Assembly (NCBI GenBank): GCA_034520565.1
Contig: JAXHNL010000002.1
Coordinates: 1,440,001 to 1,504,000, forward strand
Origin: Halodesulfurarchaeum sp.
GTDB lineage: Archaea > Halobacteriota > Halobacteria > Halobacteriales > Halobacteriaceae
Direction of reading: 5' to 3'
DNA: 64,000 nt
Shown here one piece after another: positions 62,049-64,000 of the stretch. The first letter of the stretch is position 1; every line of letters begins with the position of its first letter. Below the pieces are notes generated by a model that was given only the letters and a program-made list of their open reading frames with translations, ran no database searches and was not told the DNA's origin. A program made the translations under genes and the position numbers.

Positions 62049-62261
62049 TTAAATCCGCTCCGCCGTGAGGTAGGTTAGATAAACGAGGATTACGATCATC
62101 ACGCCGACGAGTCCGAACTGGGAAAGTGAGGCCAGCGATCCATCAAGTCCCCACGGAGTCACGACAAGAAAGAGAGCGATAAACACGAGCATAACGCCAA
62201 CGGGAACAGCGTTCACCGTGATGTCGAGCCAGGTCTCTCGGTCCCAGGATTTGCGTGCCAT
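62049..62261 (-). CDS. Small cox-cluster membrane protein (DUF6684-type)
   Basis: DRETWLDITVNAVP..PWG; two TM segments. Confidence 0.75.
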   Translation of the reverse strand: MARKSWDRETWLDITVNAVPVGVMLVFIALFLVVTPWGLDGSLASLSQFGLVGVMIVILVYLTYLTAERI

Positions 62262-62264
62262 GAG

Positions 62265-62723
62265 TTAGAACCTCCGTTGGAGCGGTTTCAGAATGCCTGA
62301 AGCGACCGCACCGAGAACCAGTATCGCTCCGGCAATGACGATTGCCTCGCCCCGCACGGCAATCGTGTTCGTCTCCGCGGCCGCCAGCAGCGTCTCGATG
62401 GCAACCGTCGACACTTGCGAGCCCCACATGACGCCCCCGAAACCAACGAAAATCGTCCCCATGATCAGGAGGGGCCACCAGCGGGACTGGACGTAGTCCG
62501 TTTCCTCGAGAATTCCGGCGACGCTGCCGCCGAAGAGGATCAATCCCCCGATGGAAAGCGGCACCAGATTGAGGACGATTCCGATTTCCCCGACGGCGAA
62601 TCCCAATGCGATGAAGGGTGGCCAGGCACTCACCCGGTGGACGCGAGTGGGCGAACCGACTACTTTGGACTCGGATTGGGGCTCCATTTCGTCGCCTGCC
62701 GTCGGACTGGTGTGTTCGCTCAT
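62265..62723 (-). CDS. cox-cluster membrane protein
   Basis: SAWPPFIALG..GEIG..GGSVAGILEE; four TM segments. Confidence 0.75.
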   Translation of the reverse strand: MSEHTSPTAGDEMEPQSESKVVGSPTRVHRVSAWPPFIALGFAVGEIGIVLNLVPLSIGGLILFGGSVAGILEETDYVQSRWWPLLIMGTIFVGFGGVMWGSQVSTVAIETLLAAAETNTIAVRGEAIVIAGAILVLGAVASGILKPLQRRF

Positions 62724-63559
62724 TAGACCACCGCCCCCACGTATAGCGTCGCGACGAGGAAGATCCAGACGGCGTCCACGAAGTGCCAGTACATCGTCAC
62801 CGTCGAGACCGAGGTGTGGCGGGTTTTCGAGTACTGACCGGCGAGAGTCCGGACGGCCAGAATGGCCAGCAGGACGACGCCGAGACCCACGTGAAGTCCG
62901 TGCAGTCCAGTCAGTCCGAAGAAGGCGCTGTAGTACGGGCCGCTCGCGAAGCTCAATCCCTCGCCGATCACGAACTCGTAGTATTCGTACCCCTGGCCGG
63001 CGAGGAACACGATTCCGAGCCCCAACGTCGCCCCCAGGAGTCGCTTGTATCGTTTCCGATCCCCGTTCCGAAGCGCGAGGTGTCCGTAGTGGAGCGTTAC
63101 GCTACTCGCGACCAGGATCGCCGTATTGACGAGGACGAGCGAACTCACGAGCGTCGGAAGTTCGCCCGGTGGCCAGGGGCCTGCTCTGATGAAGAAGTAA
63201 TAGACGAAGCCGGCCCCGAACGTGAAGATTTCCGTTCCGAGGAAGAGGATCATCGCCCACCTGAATTTTCCAGCAGAGCCCTCCCGCTCCCAGAAGTGAG
63301 CGATAAATCCCTGGTAGAGCCAGCCGTAAAGGCCACCGAGAAAAGCGAGGACGCCGAGTATTACGAATACGGGGCCGAGGACTGCTGGTCCGAACGCGGA
63401 CTCTGCACGGGCGAGCAGCCACAGGCCAAACCCGAGATAGATTCCGGTGACACCGAGTGCGGCGACGACGGGCCATAACGAGGCCTCTCCGAATCCTTTC
63501 GGCCAGTCGTTCGGGGCGGGCAAGTGATGCTGGCCCTGTTCCCCGTCCTTGGTCGCCAT
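62723..63559 (-). CDS. coxC: Heme-copper oxidase subunit III
   Basis: FLGTE..F, NTAILVASS, GQGYEY, FFGLTGLHGLHV, YWHFVDAVW. Confidence 0.95.
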   Translation of the reverse strand: MATKDGEQGQHHLPAPNDWPKGFGEASLWPVVAALGVTGIYLGFGLWLLARAESAFGPAVLGPVFVILGVLAFLGGLYGWLYQGFIAHFWEREGSAGKFRWAMILFLGTEIFTFGAGFVYYFFIRAGPWPPGELPTLVSSLVLVNTAILVASSVTLHYGHLALRNGDRKRYKRLLGATLGLGIVFLAGQGYEYYEFVIGEGLSFASGPYYSAFFGLTGLHGLHVGLGVVLLAILAVRTLAGQYSKTRHTSVSTVTMYWHFVDAVWIFLVATLYVGAVV

Positions 63560-63560
63560 G

Positions 63561-64000
63561 TTAGCTCTCCTCCTCCTCCGTTTGTTCGGCCACCCACTCT
63601 TCGTATTTGTCCTGGCTGACGACCCTCACGTCAGCGAGCATTTTCGAGTGACCCTGCCCGCAGTATTCTGCACAGTAGAGGGTATAGGTCCCCTTTTCGG
63701 TGATCGTCGTCTGTAACGTGTTCGTCTGGCCCGGGATGGCGTCAGTTTTGAGCGCCAACTCGGGGACGTGAACCGCATGGATCATGTCCCTCGATTGGAC
63801 CCGTATGAAGATCGTCTGATTGACCGGGACGACCATCTCCTGGGGGGTTGTGATGTCGTGTTCGGGATACTCGAAGACCCAGAGGAATTGTTGGCCGATG
63901 ATCGTCACTTCGACCGGGTCGCCCTCGACCTCTTCGACCGTTTGTGGGGCGGTGACGGCTGGTTCCGCCATCACCTGGTAGGATGCCAGTCCGACGAACA
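63561..64000 (-). CDS. coxB: Heme-copper oxidase subunit II (CuA), 5'-partial
   Basis: QQFLW.FEY, DMIHA, DAIPG, CAEYCGQGHSKM. Confidence 0.95.
   Translation of the reverse strand, partial: FVGLASYQVMAEPAVTAPQTVEEVEGDPVEVTIIGQQFLWVFEYPEHDITTPQEMVVPVNQTIFIRVQSRDMIHAVHVPELALKTDAIPGQTNTLQTTITEKGTYTLYCAEYCGQGHSKMLADVRVVSQDKYEEWVAEQTEEEES

Noticed and set aside
1-64000. CRISPR arrays, IS transposases and rRNA
   Set aside because: I saw no regularly spaced repeats, transposase motifs or rRNA signatures.

Overview
GC-rich haloarchaeal (Halobacteria) chromosome segment with acidic proteins and mostly core genes: guaB, TrkA-N/DHH phosphoesterase, PRC-barrel protein, ADP-forming acetyl-CoA synthetase, a Xer-type recombinase with DUF5805, phoU, grpE-dnaK-dnaJ, RsmB/NOP methyltransferase, ychF, pan, mre11-rad50, polB and sufCBD. 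There are three tRNAs (Trp-CCA with a 99-nt box C/D intron, Lys-CTT, Gln-TTG). After tRNA-Gln lies an iron/respiration block: HiPIP, a DyP-like and a p19-like Tat lipoprotein, ilvD, an actinobacterial-type Rieske/cytochrome b pair and cox subunits II/III. Many essential genes carry single or compensating indels, most likely long-read consensus errors. Most notable observations: (1) an 11-6-11 dif-like site (TGTTAAAATAA-ACTATC-TTATTTGGATA) directly upstream of the DUF5805-xer operon, suggesting a self-contained Xer/dif module with an accessory DNA-binding protein; (2) all three tRNAs are followed by a ~95-130 bp module with shared architecture (hairpin, antisense copy of own T-loop, second hairpin, degenerate copy of own 3' end); (3) a split QcrA-like Rieske protein in a cytochrome-c-less bc/aa3 cluster near a HiPIP; (4) a PAS pseudokinase; (5) a structured leader/uORF before DUF5794. 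All family calls come from motif recognition by eye; no database search was run.
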